DNA of 64,000 nt from Candidatus Latescibacterota bacterium (GTDB lineage: Bacteria > Latescibacterota > UBA2968), in contig OZ242320.1 of the NCBI GenBank assembly GCA_965208125.1, forward strand, positions 2,208,001 to 2,272,000, read 5' to 3'. A model generated the notes under the pieces. That model did no database searches and was not told the DNA's origin. It worked only from the letters and a program-made list of their open reading frames with translations. Below, piece after piece: positions 36,807 to 48,523 of the stretch. Every line of letters starts with the position of its first letter. The first letter of the stretch is position 1. The translations under genes and the position numbers were made by a program.

Positions 36807-38547
36807 ATGGCGGAAGTCAGGCAGGTAAATGAGGGTATTCGCTACGAACCAGAGGACAAATGTCCCCGGTCTGTAGCCATACTCTCTGCCGTTCAGATGG
36901 CATCGCCAAATATCGTCATGGTCGTGGTGTTTACGACTGTGGTCATTCGATCATCGGGCGAGACCGGGGCCTATTTGCCGTGGGCCGTGTTTATGGCCTT
37001 GATAACGTGCGGATTCACGTCAATTATTCAGGCTTTCCGCGGTCGAATTGGGACTGGACTTCTCATTTTGACGGGTTTCAATATCCCTTTTATTGCGATC
37101 TCTACGCTTGCCTTAGAAAAAGGCGGACCGGGCTTGCTGGCGATTTTGACCGTTGTCTCGACGCTCGTTCAGTTGGTGCTCACGATGTACCTTCCGCTGT
37201 TGCGCCGAATATTTACGCGAACCGTCAGTGGCACGATCGTTATGTTGGTCGCAGCTACGGCAGCTCCCTTCCTGTTTAACGATGTTGTGAAATCGACACA
37301 GGATTTGCCCGTTGATCGCGTTATCGCGACCCTGACAATATCTTTGCTTGTTGGGGTACTGATAATTTTGCGTGCGCCACAGATCTGGCGGCTGTGGATA
37401 GTCGGTATCACCATTTTGGCGGGTCTGATTGTCGCAGTGCCTTTGGGGTTGTACGATAACAGCGGTGTGGTCGAAGCTGCCTATATTGGTTTTCCCGTTC
37501 CCGTCTGGGAAGGTTTGGATTTGACCTTTGGCGTTGAATTTTGGGGACTTCTGCCGGCTTTTATCTTTGTCGGTTTGGTGACTTTTGTGAAGGCTGTTGG
37601 GGATATTGGCGTGATCCAAAGAGCTTCGCACCGAGAGGTACAGGCACAGGATTTCAGAGTTGTTCAAGGCGGTCTCAATGCCTACTCCGTGGGCAATTTG
37701 ATCGTGGGCTTTCTGGGCATTCCCTCTGCCACGACGCCCTGGGCACTCACTGCAACGTATGTCTCTCTTACAGGCGTGGCTACGCGGATGGTGGGTGTGT
37801 ACATGGGGTTGTTTTATGATCGGGGTGGCATTTTTGCCCAAGTTGGGGGCTTTTCTCATTGCGATTCCGAGTCCGGTTCTGGCGGCTGTCTATATCATCG
37901 TATTTGGTGGGCTTTTCGTGGAAGGGGCAAAGGTGGCGTTCGATGATAAGATTGATCATCGCAAGAGTATCGTCATCGCGGTATCGATAATGGTTGGGCT
38001 TTCTTCTGGGAGTATTGCTGGATTTTTTGACGGGTTTGTGCACGAGTTGCTCGATAGCGGGGTTACGGTGGGAAGCCTGACGGTTATTGGCATGACGCTT
38101 TTGGTGGAACTGACCGGTTCGCGGCGGAGAAAAATTCAAGTACCGCTGGAGTTGTCTGCATTGCCCGCGATTGACGAGTTTCTCGTTGCGTTTGCCGAGA
38201 AATACGGTTGGACGGAGAGCGGGCAATACCGCCTGCGTTCGGTAGGGGAAGAGATGCTGGTGAGTCTTGTGACGCAGGATGAAAAGGAATCTTCCAGTAC
38301 ACCGCGGCAACTGATCATGGGTATTCGCATGGATGATGGGGTAGCAGAGGTTGAATTTCTGGCGGCTTCGGATGGTGAGAATATCGAAGACCAGATCGCG
38401 TATTTGGGTGAGGATGCGTATGCCGAGGATGATCACGAGTTTTCGATCCGGCTTTTGCGGCATTACGCTTCATCTGTGCATCATCGGAAGTATGAGGGGA
38501 TCGATGTTATTACGGCTCGGGTGGAGAATGCGATTTTGCGTTCATAA
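36807..38547 (+). CDS. NCS2 (xanthine/uracil) permease-like protein with C-terminal HATPase_c/RsbW-like domain (1-nt frameshift at ~37812)
   Basis: IRYEPED, GRIGTGL, VSGTIVML, SLTGVA, FLPKLGA....IPSPVL. Removing one T at 37812-37815 joins ORFs 36777..37946 and 37759..38547. Confidence 0.75.
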
Positions 38548-39672
38548 GGTGAGAAATTTCGGATAGGTCGTCAGGTTTTCGAGTCCGTCTTCGGTGACGA
38601 CGGCGAGGTCTTCGATGCGTACGGCGCCGCGTCCGGGGTAGTAGAGGCCCGGTTCAACGGTGACGATGTGCCCGGCGCAGAGGGTTTGTGGGGTTTTGCC
38701 GATGCGCGGGGGTTCGTGGATTTCGAGGCCCAGGCCGTGGCCGGTGCCGTGGAAGAATCCCTGCATGCGGCCGTCTATGTTGCCGGTTTCGAAGTTGCGG
38801 TTTTCAAAGAGTTCTGTGAGTGCCCGGTGGATGGCCTGGCCGTCTGCGTCTGCGCGGATGCTGTCGAGGACGAGGTTCTGTCCGGCGAGGACCGCGTCGT
38901 AGATGTTCTGGAGTTCGGCAGAGGGTTCGCCTTTGACGACGGTGCGGGTGAGGTCGGCGAAGTAGCCAGTGGTGTTTGAGCGGGGGAAGATGTCGATGAT
39001 GATGGATTGGTGCGCGTGGAGTGGTCCGGTGCCTTCGTTGTGGGGGTCGCAGGCCTGGTCGCCGCCGGCAACGATGGTGTGACCGGCTGTGCAGTCGCGT
39101 TCGAGGAGGAGAAATTTTATTGCGCGTTTGACGGTTTCCGATGTGAGGGGTTCGCCGTTGTGGTAGAGGCGGTCGCCGCGGATTTCCGAGTTGCGGATGA
39201 GGGTTATGGCGGCGTCCATTGCGGCTTCGGTGTGTTGCTGGACTTCGCGGATGTGTTCGATTTCATCAGGGGTTTTGATTTCCCGGTCGGGCCAATACGC
39301 GCCTTCTGGAAATGCCACTGTGTATCCGCGTTCGCGCAAGTCGTCTGCCGTGGCGATGGCAAAGGCGCGGGGGACGTTCAGGTGGGTGATGTTTTTTTCC
39401 TGTAGTACTTCGTGTAAGGCATCGATTTGAGAGGGTTCTTCGTCGGTGTCGTTTTTTTTTGCTTTTTCCTGGTATTCGGATAGGGAGAGTACATGATCGA
39501 CCTGGGCTTGCGCGCGCGCGCGGTCGCGTTCGAGGTCGGACATGAGGAGGTGTTTTTGGGCGCCGATTTGAAAGAAGATGAAGGGGTCGGGCGCGAGAAA
39601 GCGCGTGGCGTAATACATGTCGGCGTCGGTTTCGCTGGCGGCTATCATGAGCCGCGCTTCGGGGGTGCTCAT
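38542..39672 (-). CDS. Xaa-Pro peptidase (M24B family)
   Basis: REIKTPDEI, PH, IIDIFP..GYFADLTRT, HGTGHGLGLEIHE, TVEPGLY, VRIED. Confidence 0.92.
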   Translation of the reverse strand: MSTPEARLMIAASETDADMYYATRFLAPDPFIFFQIGAQKHLLMSDLERDRARAQAQVDHVLSLSEYQEKAKKNDTDEEPSQIDALHEVLQEKNITHLNVPRAFAIATADDLRERGYTVAFPEGAYWPDREIKTPDEIEHIREVQQHTEAAMDAAITLIRNSEIRGDRLYHNGEPLTSETVKRAIKFLLLERDCTAGHTIVAGGDQACDPHNEGTGPLHAHQSIIIDIFPRSNTTGYFADLTRTVVKGEPSAELQNIYDAVLAGQNLVLDSIRADADGQAIHRALTELFENRNFETGNIDGRMQGFFHGTGHGLGLEIHEPPRIGKTPQTLCAGHIVTVEPGLYYPGRGAVRIEDLAVVTEDGLENLTTYPKFLTL

Positions 39673-39683
39673 TATCTATATCC

Positions 39684-41159
<1,476 letters not shown>

Positions 41160-41206
41160 GGTGGGTACTCCTTTTTTCAGGGTGTGCAATTTCTATTTTC
41201 GACGGT

Positions 41207-41235
41207 TTAGACCCACAACCCTATTGGATGGTTCC
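41207..41235 (-). promoter_or_regulatory. Candidate ECF (sigmaE/AlgU-like) promoter of degQ
   Basis: Minus strand GGAACCA-N17-TCTAA; htrA genes are typical sigmaE targets. Confidence 0.5.
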
Positions 41236-41243
41236 GAGAAATT

Positions 41244-42764
41244 CTACAAATCGTATTGATCAATCTTTCTATACAGTGTGCGCACGGCCATGCCCAGTAG
41301 TTTTGCGGTGCGTTCGCGATGCCCGCCGGTTGCGCGCAGGGCATTGGCGATGGCTTCGCGTTCGAGTTCTCTCAAGGGGCGTATGTCTTCTTCGGTAGGT
41401 GCAGGTTTTAAACCTGCACCTGCGGTTTCTTTGATTTCTGTGTCTTCTATAGGTGTGTCATAGACGGGTAGGACGGGTGTTGGTGTATTTTGTACAGGCG
41501 TTTGCATGTGTTGCGTTAAATAGGCTTTGAGTTCTTTGACGTCTTTGGCGACTTCGAGTATGGCCCAGTAGAGCAGGTCGCGATCGGATTCTGCAGGTGT
41601 TTTGCCCGCGAGGACGGGCAGATAAGACGGTTCGGTTACGGGGGATGTGTCGAGGTATTGCGCGAGGTCCAGGGCGGATATGTGTCGGGTTTTGGATAGG
41701 ACCATGAGGCGTTCGATGAGGTTGATGAGTTCTCGGACATTGCCCGGCCAGTGGTATTGCTGGAGTGCGTTCATCGCGTCGGGTGCGAATTCAATGGGGG
41801 GCATGCGCAGTTCGTCGCTTTGTTTTTGGATGATGTTTTGCGCGATGAGGGGGATGTCCTGAGGGTGGGCACGCAGGGGGGGCATTTCGATTTCGATGAC
41901 GCGAAGGCGCTGGTAGAGGTCTTGCCGAAATTTGCCTTCGGCAACGGCTTGTTGCAGGTTGCGGTTGGTGGCGGCTATGACGCGGACGTCAACGGCTATT
42001 GGGGTGGTGCTGCCCAGGCGGGTGACTTCTTTGGCGTCGAGGACGCGCAATAAGCGCACCTGTGCAGAGAGGGACATTTCGCCGATTTCATCGAGGAAGA
42101 CGGTGCCGCGGTTGGCGGCTTCAAAGATGCCGGAGCGCTGCGTGCGCGCGTCGGTAAATGCGCCTTTTTCGTGGCCGAAGAGTTCGCTTTCGAGGAGGGT
42201 TTCGGGGATTGCGCCGCAGTTGATGATGAGAAATGGTCCGCCGCTGCGCGCGCTTTGCCGGTGGATGGCTTCGGCGATGAGGTTTTTTCCGGAGCCGCTT
42301 TCTCCTGTGATGAGTACGCTGACGGGGGTGGGCGCGATTTGTGCGATGCTTTCCCGGATTTGTTGCATGGCGTCCGAGCGGCCGAGGATGGCGGTGTCGG
42401 GCGGGGTGCGTTTTTGCGTCAGGGCGTCCTGCAATTCTGCGGGGATGAGGGGATAGGAGAGCAGGGCATCGGGGTATAGTGCGGGGGCTGTTTGGAGTTG
42501 TGTGCCGTCGTGTGTGGTGATGATGAAGACGGGGATTTTTTCAGGTCGGTCAGATAATATGTCGGCGAATTGCACTTCGGGCAATGTGGTTTCGTCCAGG
42601 ATGAGCAGGTCAAACTGGTTTTCCGAGAGCAGTTTTCTGGCGGGGCGCACGCTGTTGGTGACGAGGGTTTGCCAGCCGAGTTCTTCGAGCGCGGCGCGCA
42701 GGTCCCGGCCCAGTGCAGTGGGCTGATCGACGATGATGAGGGCTTCTTTTTGGTCGGTGGGCAT
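41244..42764 (-). CDS. sigma54-dependent (NtrC-like) regulator with degenerate receiver domain
   Basis: GESGSGK, ESELFGHEKGAFTDA, FLDEIGE, WPGNVREL, Fis-type HTH. Confidence 0.92.
   Translation of the reverse strand: MPTDQKEALIIVDQPTALGRDLRAALEELGWQTLVTNSVRPARKLLSENQFDLLILDETTLPEVQFADILSDRPEKIPVFIITTHDGTQLQTAPALYPDALLSYPLIPAELQDALTQKRTPPDTAILGRSDAMQQIRESIAQIAPTPVSVLITGESGSGKNLIAEAIHRQSARSGGPFLIINCGAIPETLLESELFGHEKGAFTDARTQRSGIFEAANRGTVFLDEIGEMSLSAQVRLLRVLDAKEVTRLGSTTPIAVDVRVIAATNRNLQQAVAEGKFRQDLYQRLRVIEIEMPPLRAHPQDIPLIAQNIIQKQSDELRMPPIEFAPDAMNALQQYHWPGNVRELINLIERLMVLSKTRHISALDLAQYLDTSPVTEPSYLPVLAGKTPAESDRDLLYWAILEVAKDVKELKAYLTQHMQTPVQNTPTPVLPVYDTPIEDTEIKETAGAGLKPAPTEEDIRPLRELEREAIANALRATGGHRERTAKLLGMAVRTLYRKIDQYDL
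41395..41423 (+). repeat. REP-like palindrome in frame inside the sigma54 regulator
   Basis: GTAGGTGCAGGTTTTAAACCTGCACCTGC encodes AGAGLKPAPT; resembles the intergenic REP at 26064-26092. Confidence 0.7.
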
Positions 42765-42766
42765 GG

Positions 42767-45700
42767 TTATTGTCGTTGTGCTTTTATTTTCTGAATGCGC
42801 TTTTCCGCCTCAATACCATAATTACTGGCTGCGCCGTGGCTGCGTTTTATGGCTTCGAGTTCTTGTATGGCTTGTTCGATGTTGTTCTGTGCCGCATAGC
42901 ATTCTGCGACTTTCATTTGTGCAGATGCGATCCACATGGGCCCCGCTTTCTGGTTGTAGCGCAAGATCAAAAATTCTCGGAGTGCGTTGTCATAGTCGGC
43001 CAATTCAAAATAATTTTCTGCGATGGTGTATTGGATGCTGGCTTTTTCGTCTTCTACGGTTACGAGTTTGAGCAGGGGGCGAAGTTCTGCAATGGCTTGT
43101 TCGTGGTCGCCTTTGTTGGGCAGGTAAATGGTGCCGATGTCGATGCGGGCGCTCAGGGCAAGCGGATGCTGGGGAAATTCGCGGATGAGTTGGCGCGCAA
43201 AGTTGATGGCGAGGTCGTAGGCGTTGAGGTTGCTGTAATTTTTTGCGAGTTTGTGCAGGATGTCGGGTTTTTGGGATTGGGCGACGCCTTTTTCTATGGC
43301 GTTGCGATATGCGCGTGCAGAGAGGTTGTATTCTTCGTTGCGTTCCCAAAATTCAGCGAGTTCGATGTTGGCATCTACCCAGTGCGGGCTGTCGGGATAA
43401 TTTTTTATGAATGTGCCGAGTGCGTTGAGATAGGGTTCGTTGTGGCCTTCTTTGTCGGGTCCTTCGTCATAGTAGGCGCGGATGATGTAATAGCGCGCGT
43501 CGGCTTCTGCTTCGGTTCTGGCGTATTTTTTGGAGATGTCTTCAAAGATTTGCCGCGCTTTTTTGGGATTTTTGACGGCGAGTTGATATCTGCCTTTTTC
43601 GACTTCAAAGCGGGCGAGCCATTCGGTTGCTGTTTTATGGGTTTTTTTGAATTGGCCCGCGGCTTTGTTGGCTTCGCTGATGCGCCGGAGGCGGTAGAGG
43701 CTCAAGACTTCTCGGGCGGCCATGGTTTCGTTGCGCGCAGGTTCTGGTACGCGCCGGTACGCGGCGATGGCCTGGGCGTATTTTTCCGTTTGAAAGAGGA
43801 TGTCGCCCACAGATTGGTCTGCCTGTGTGCCGAGCGGGCTGTTGGGATAGTGTTTGGAGAATTCGCGGAAGGCGGTGAGGGCTTCTGATGTGCGGTTGAG
43901 AGATGTCAGGTGTTCGGCGCGTGTATAGGCGATGCTGTCGGCGTCGGGTGCTTGTGGATAGTTGCGGAGGTACATGTTATAAGTTGTGATGGCTTTGTCG
44001 CGCTGGTTGTTATGCGCATAAGATTTGGCGAGGCGTCGCAATAATTTGGGGGTGGTGTTGTGGGTGATCAAACGTTCGTCTATTTCTATGGCGCGTTGAT
44101 AGTTGCCTGTGCGATGATAGCTTTCTGCCAATAGCGAGCGGGCAGACCGCTGGAGTGCGAGCGTTGGAGATCCGGAGAGGAGTTCGGAGAATGCTTCGGC
44201 AGCGCTGGCGTAAAATTCCCGGTTGAGGAGTATGTGTCCCAGTTGAAATTGCGCGTGTGGCGTCAGGTCGCTTTGCGGATAGTTGAAGAGGAAGTTTTTC
44301 AGGGTTTCTTCGGCGCGTACGTGTTGTTGTTGCCTGGCCTGACACAAGCCGATGCCGTATGTGGCTTTTTCACTGTGTGTGGGGTTGTCGGCGTTTTTTT
44401 GTACCTGGAGGTACAGGCTGAGGGCGCTGTCGATGTGGGTGTTGGCGAAGTGGGCGTCGGCGATTCGCAGGAGCAGGTCGGGGCTGTTGGCATGTGTTTT
44501 GCGATATGCGCGATATGCGTTCAGGCGCGTTTGTGCGCGGAGGGTGTCGGGTTGTATGTGGGCCGTTTCTGTGTGTATGACGGCGAGTGCGGCGTTTTTC
44601 GCATGGTCGTTGTCGGGGAATTTTTTGACGAGTATTTTGAGTGTTGTGAGGCCCTTGTTTTGCCATTCGTCTGGGGATTTGTTTTCAAGGATGGCTCTGC
44701 GCGCCTGTTTTAAGTAGCTGTTGCCGAGGAGATAATAGGCTTCAGATGCCCAGGGGGGCGCGTCGCTGAATGCCGAGTCATCGGGTATGGGTATGTCGTC
44801 ATTAGATGGTGTGTCATTATTATCATTATTAGATGTGTCGGCGGATGTGTCGGCGGATGTGTCGTCGTTAGCCGACGCTGGCGTGTCTTCAGATGTGTAG
44901 AGGACGGCCCCCGTGCCGTCCCGCATGTCCTCCTGTGCCCGCCCGTCAGCCAATGCGAGGATGGCTTCGGCTGCGCGTGCGGCTTCGGCTGCAAGGGCGA
45001 GTGTGTCATCAGATGTGGTTGAGAGCGCAGGGGTTTCGTTTGGCGGCTCGACGAGTATGTGTTCATAAGCTGAGGGGCGTATGTCGTGAGATGCCAGCGC
45101 GGTTTCGAGGTATGGGATTGCGCGGTTGTAGTATTTTTGGTTGTAGAAGGTTTTGCCCAGTTTAAATTGTGTGTGTGCATCGTCGGCGATGCCGGGCAAG
45201 TTGGCGAGGAGTTCGATATAGGTGCGGTCGCGGTCGGTCTCTGTGCCAAATTCGGTGAGGAGTTGGATGCGCGTTTCCGCTGTTTCAGCGCGCGAGGCGT
45301 CGCCGTGATTTTTGATGTAGGTGCGATATTCTCGCAGTGCGAGTGCGGTTTGTCCGGTTTTTTCAAATACGCGGGCAAGGCCGTATTGACCTTCAGAGTG
45401 TGGCATTGCGCTGTTGAGCAGGATGCGATAATTTTCGGCTGCGAGGTCATACCAGTGCAGGTCTTCGCATAGTTGCGCGATTTGTAGTCGCGCATTGGCT
45501 TTTTCGCCGGGGGATTGTATGCGCGCGAGGTATGTTTGATACGCTGTCAATGCTTTTTGGTGCATGCCAAGCGCGCGCCATAAGTTTCCGATGTCGCCAT
45601 AAGCCTGGATGCTGACGTCTGCGTCTGGATATTTTTCCTGAAGACTTTTGAATGCAGCTAATGATTGGCGATAATTTTTCAGGTCTGCAAATGTGCGGCC

Positions 45701-46723
45701 ATAGCCTATCAGGGCGTGGGCGTGGAAGGGGCTTTTGGGATAGGCTCTTAGAAATGAGGCGTAGCGCTGTAGCGCACCTTCGCTTTTGCCGAGTTTGCGT
45801 TTTGCATTTGCACTTCCCAACAGGGCTTGTTGGCGACGGGTGTTGTTCGGTATTTTTACGAGGGCGTTGTTATAGGTTTTTTCAGCGCGTGTCCAGTCGT
45901 TTTTGCCGGCGTGCCACGCGCCTGTGATGAGATACGAGTTTTGGGCGGCAGGTGTTGCGGGATATCCGGCGCGCAGGTTTGCAAAGATGCGTTCTGCTTC
46001 CGAGAGGTTGTCGCGCGATAGGGCGATGTTGCCCATTTCGAGGAGGGCGTCGGGTTTGCGCTTTGCAGGACCGGGTCGTTCGGCGAGGGTGCGAAATTGC
46101 ACGAGGGCTTCTTCGGTGCGCGATTCTTCAAGTAGAACCCGGCCCAGGTTGAAGGTGGCTTCGTTGACCAGGGACGATTTGGGATATTGTGTGGCGAGTT
46201 GGCGATAGGCCGCGCCGGCTTCTGGTAAGGCACCGCCTTTGTGGTAGTTCTCGCCAGCGGATAAGAGGTCCTGGGGCGCGTTTGTGGAGGCGGGATAGGC
46301 CGCGTGTACGCCGCGATAAGCTGCACCGGCTCGGGTGTGTTCTCCCAGTTGGCTGAGTGCATCGGCGCGGGTGCGCATTGCTCTACCTACTTCGATGTGG
46401 GTGGGGTAGCGGTCGATGAATTGCTGCAAGGCTTCGAGTGCGAGGTCGTATTGTTCGGCTTTGGCAAGTGCCTGTCCAACGCGCAGCATGGCATCGGGCA
46501 GTCGCTTGCTGGTGGGGTAGTTGATGATGAATTGCTTGTATTCCCGCGCGGCATCGGCATAGAGGCCATCGTCGAAGATTCGCTGCGCGAGTTCGTAATG
46601 GGCGTTTTCATCCTGGGTCCCCTGCGCGCAGAGGTGGGATGAGATGCCGAGGAGGACGATGTACAATGCGGTGGTGATACCGCGGGTTAATGTGTTTATA
46701 AGGATCATGTAGAAAATCCGCAT
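42767..46723 (-). CDS. Large exported tetratricopeptide-repeat protein (BamD/CpoB-like TPRs)
   Basis: Signal-like N-terminus, more than 20 TPRs with 'F...YP.S' motifs, acidic low-complexity insert at ~44760-45060. Confidence 0.85.
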   Translation of the reverse strand: MRIFYMILINTLTRGITTALYIVLLGISSHLCAQGTQDENAHYELAQRIFDDGLYADAAREYKQFIINYPTSKRLPDAMLRVGQALAKAEQYDLALEALQQFIDRYPTHIEVGRAMRTRADALSQLGEHTRAGAAYRGVHAAYPASTNAPQDLLSAGENYHKGGALPEAGAAYRQLATQYPKSSLVNEATFNLGRVLLEESRTEEALVQFRTLAERPGPAKRKPDALLEMGNIALSRDNLSEAERIFANLRAGYPATPAAQNSYLITGAWHAGKNDWTRAEKTYNNALVKIPNNTRRQQALLGSANAKRKLGKSEGALQRYASFLRAYPKSPFHAHALIGYGRTFADLKNYRQSLAAFKSLQEKYPDADVSIQAYGDIGNLWRALGMHQKALTAYQTYLARIQSPGEKANARLQIAQLCEDLHWYDLAAENYRILLNSAMPHSEGQYGLARVFEKTGQTALALREYRTYIKNHGDASRAETAETRIQLLTEFGTETDRDRTYIELLANLPGIADDAHTQFKLGKTFYNQKYYNRAIPYLETALASHDIRPSAYEHILVEPPNETPALSTTSDDTLALAAEAARAAEAILALADGRAQEDMRDGTGAVLYTSEDTPASANDDTSADTSADTSNNDNNDTPSNDDIPIPDDSAFSDAPPWASEAYYLLGNSYLKQARRAILENKSPDEWQNKGLTTLKILVKKFPDNDHAKNAALAVIHTETAHIQPDTLRAQTRLNAYRAYRKTHANSPDLLLRIADAHFANTHIDSALSLYLQVQKNADNPTHSEKATYGIGLCQARQQQHVRAEETLKNFLFNYPQSDLTPHAQFQLGHILLNREFYASAAEAFSELLSGSPTLALQRSARSLLAESYHRTGNYQRAIEIDERLITHNTTPKLLRRLAKSYAHNNQRDKAITTYNMYLRNYPQAPDADSIAYTRAEHLTSLNRTSEALTAFREFSKHYPNSPLGTQADQSVGDILFQTEKYAQAIAAYRRVPEPARNETMAAREVLSLYRLRRISEANKAAGQFKKTHKTATEWLARFEVEKGRYQLAVKNPKKARQIFEDISKKYARTEAEADARYYIIRAYYDEGPDKEGHNEPYLNALGTFIKNYPDSPHWVDANIELAEFWERNEEYNLSARAYRNAIEKGVAQSQKPDILHKLAKNYSNLNAYDLAINFARQLIREFPQHPLALSARIDIGTIYLPNKGDHEQAIAELRPLLKLVTVEDEKASIQYTIAENYFELADYDNALREFLILRYNQKAGPMWIASAQMKVAECYAAQNNIEQAIQELEAIKRSHGAASNYGIEAEKRIQKIKAQRQ
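44897..44923 (+). repeat. GTAG REP inside the TPR gene
   Basis: GTAGAGGACGGCCCCCGTGCCGTCCCG, one mismatch to the intergenic copies at 46730 and 54103. Confidence 0.8.
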
Positions 46724-46729
46724 GGTATT

Positions 46730-46791
46730 GTAGGGGACGGCCCCCGTGCCGTCCCGTGTGTCATCGCGGCATGCTTAAAGCCGCAATCCAG
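46730..46791 (+). repeat. GTAG REP followed by a GTCAT..ATCCAG repeat
   Basis: GTAGGGGACGGCCCCCGTGCCGTCCCG, then GTCATCGCGGC...GCCGCAATCCAG. Confidence 0.85.
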
Positions 46792-46923
46792 AAGGTTCTT
46801 TATTTTACGAATGTATTATATTTTCCCAAAAGCGTCAATCTGTGTTTATCCGTGTTTGCCTTTTGCCTTTGTTTTTGATTTTATCCTGTTCATCCTTTCA
46901 TCCTGTAAATCCTGATTCAGACG

Positions 46924-47784
46924 GTGGTTGCTTTGGAAATTGTCGAATACGCATATGCGAAGCTCAATTTGGGGCTGAGGATTCTCGGGCGGCGCGGCGA
47001 TGGGTTTCACGATATTTTGTCGGTTTTTCAGACTGTGGATCTGTGCGACCGCCTCGTTTTTAAACCCGCTGGACAGGGGCAGATTATTTTGTCGTGCGAC
47101 GATGCGGATTTGCCCGTGGGGCCAGAGAATCTGGTTTATCAGGCGGTTTCGGCGTTTCGGTCTTATACGGGAATGGACCGGGGGGTTGAGGTCGCTATAG
47201 AGAAGCGGATTCCGATGGCGGCGGGTTTGGGAGGCGGGAGTTCAGATGCGGCGGCTGTGCTGCGGGTTTTGAATCGGGTGTGGGAAGCGGGTCTTTCAGA
47301 TGGCGAACTGCGCGAGATAGGCGCGACTTTGGGGTCCGATGTGCCGTTTTTTGTGCGGCAAAAGGGCACGGCAGTTGTTTCGGGTCGGGGGGAGCATTTG
47401 CGGTATGTGCCCTGGTCTGCGGATGTGGTTTATGTGCTGATTTGTCCGGGGTTTCAGGTGCATACGGGCTGGGCTTTTGCAAATTATAAAAAGACCTTGA
47501 CAGGGCATGGTGAATATGATAATTTCATCCATTCTGTAAAAAATTTGCCCGTTTCAGGTTTTTTTGAGGGTATTGAGAACGATTTTCTGCCGCTTATTGT
47601 TCAAACGCATCCAGAGACGCGCGATATTTTGTCGCGGTTGACAGATGCCGGCGCGATCGTTGCGTCGATGTCTGGCAGTGGTTCCACGCTTTACGGTGTT
47701 TTTGAGTCTCGAGATGTTGCCGAGGCTGTTTGGGCGCGGTTTAAAGCCGAACGGTTTCGGGCGTTTTTGTGTTGTCCGGTTTGA
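46924..47784 (+). CDS. ispE: 4-diphosphocytidyl-2C-methyl-D-erythritol kinase
   Basis: AKLNLGL.I.G.R.DGFH, KRIP.AAGLGGGSSDAA, GSDVPF, MSGSGS. Confidence 0.96.
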   Translation: MVALEIVEYAYAKLNLGLRILGRRGDGFHDILSVFQTVDLCDRLVFKPAGQGQIILSCDDADLPVGPENLVYQAVSAFRSYTGMDRGVEVAIEKRIPMAAGLGGGSSDAAAVLRVLNRVWEAGLSDGELREIGATLGSDVPFFVRQKGTAVVSGRGEHLRYVPWSADVVYVLICPGFQVHTGWAFANYKKTLTGHGEYDNFIHSVKNLPVSGFFEGIENDFLPLIVQTHPETRDILSRLTDAGAIVASMSGSGSTLYGVFESRDVAEAVWARFKAERFRAFLCCPV

Positions 47785-47830
47785 TTTACGTAGGGGCGGT
47801 GCCCCCGTGCCCGCCCGCTGGAGAATAAAT

Positions 47831-48523
47831 ATGTCCGATCAAGTCTCTCTCAATGTAGATGTTCGCACGACGTCGGGAAAGAAGGCCGCCAAGGATTTGC
47901 GCTATCGCGGTCAGTTGCCCGCGGTTGTTTATGGCGAAGGTGCCGCGTCTGTTGCCTGTTCTGTGGATTATCGCACGTTGTCCGATTTGCTGAAGGCACA
48001 CGGTCGCAATGCGATTATTTCGCTGAGCGCAGGCGATGCGAGCCAGAGTACTATTATTAAGGATATTCAGTATCATCCCGTGCGCGGCGAGATGTTGCAT
48101 GTGGATTTTCACCGCATTGATTTGACGCGCAAAATTGTGGTTGAGGTGCCCATTCGCGCTATGGGGTCGGCCGTTGGGGTGCGGATTGGCGAGGGGATTC
48201 TGGAACACATGTTGCACGAGATCGAGGTCGAGTGCCTGCCCACAGAGATTCCCGATCATATTGAAATCGATGTGTCGGATCTGGATATCGGGGATTCGCT
48301 GCACGTTTCGGATATTGTCCTTGATGGCGATGAATTGTCTATTGTGACGGAGACCGACCGCACGGTGTTTGCGGTGGCTGCGCCCACGCTTGTTATTGAA
48401 GAGGAAGAGGAAGTGGAGGACGAAGCGTTGGTGGATGAGGAAGGGGAAGAAGAAATGCAAGAGCCTGAGGTTATTGAGCGCGGTAGAAGGCGCGACGATG
48501 ACGAAGAAGGCGATGAGTCGTAG
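47831..48523 (+). CDS. rplY: 50S ribosomal protein L25 (Ctc form)
   Basis: LPAVVYG, IQYHPV..EMLHVDF, CLP..IP..IEIDVS.L.IGDSLHVSD, acidic tail. Confidence 0.95.
   Translation: MSDQVSLNVDVRTTSGKKAAKDLRYRGQLPAVVYGEGAASVACSVDYRTLSDLLKAHGRNAIISLSAGDASQSTIIKDIQYHPVRGEMLHVDFHRIDLTRKIVVEVPIRAMGSAVGVRIGEGILEHMLHEIEVECLPTEIPDHIEIDVSDLDIGDSLHVSDIVLDGDELSIVTETDRTVFAVAAPTLVIEEEEEVEDEALVDEEGEEEMQEPEVIERGRRRDDDEEGDES

Noticed and set aside
42770-43888. Long antisense ORFs (also 8341-9018, 9046-9744, 35887-36699, 47786-48559)
   Set aside because: They lie opposite well-supported genes and reflect codon bias; no motifs were recognised.
47785-47830. tRNA often found after ispE
   Set aside because: The gap is only 46 bp and is occupied by a REP; no cloverleaf.
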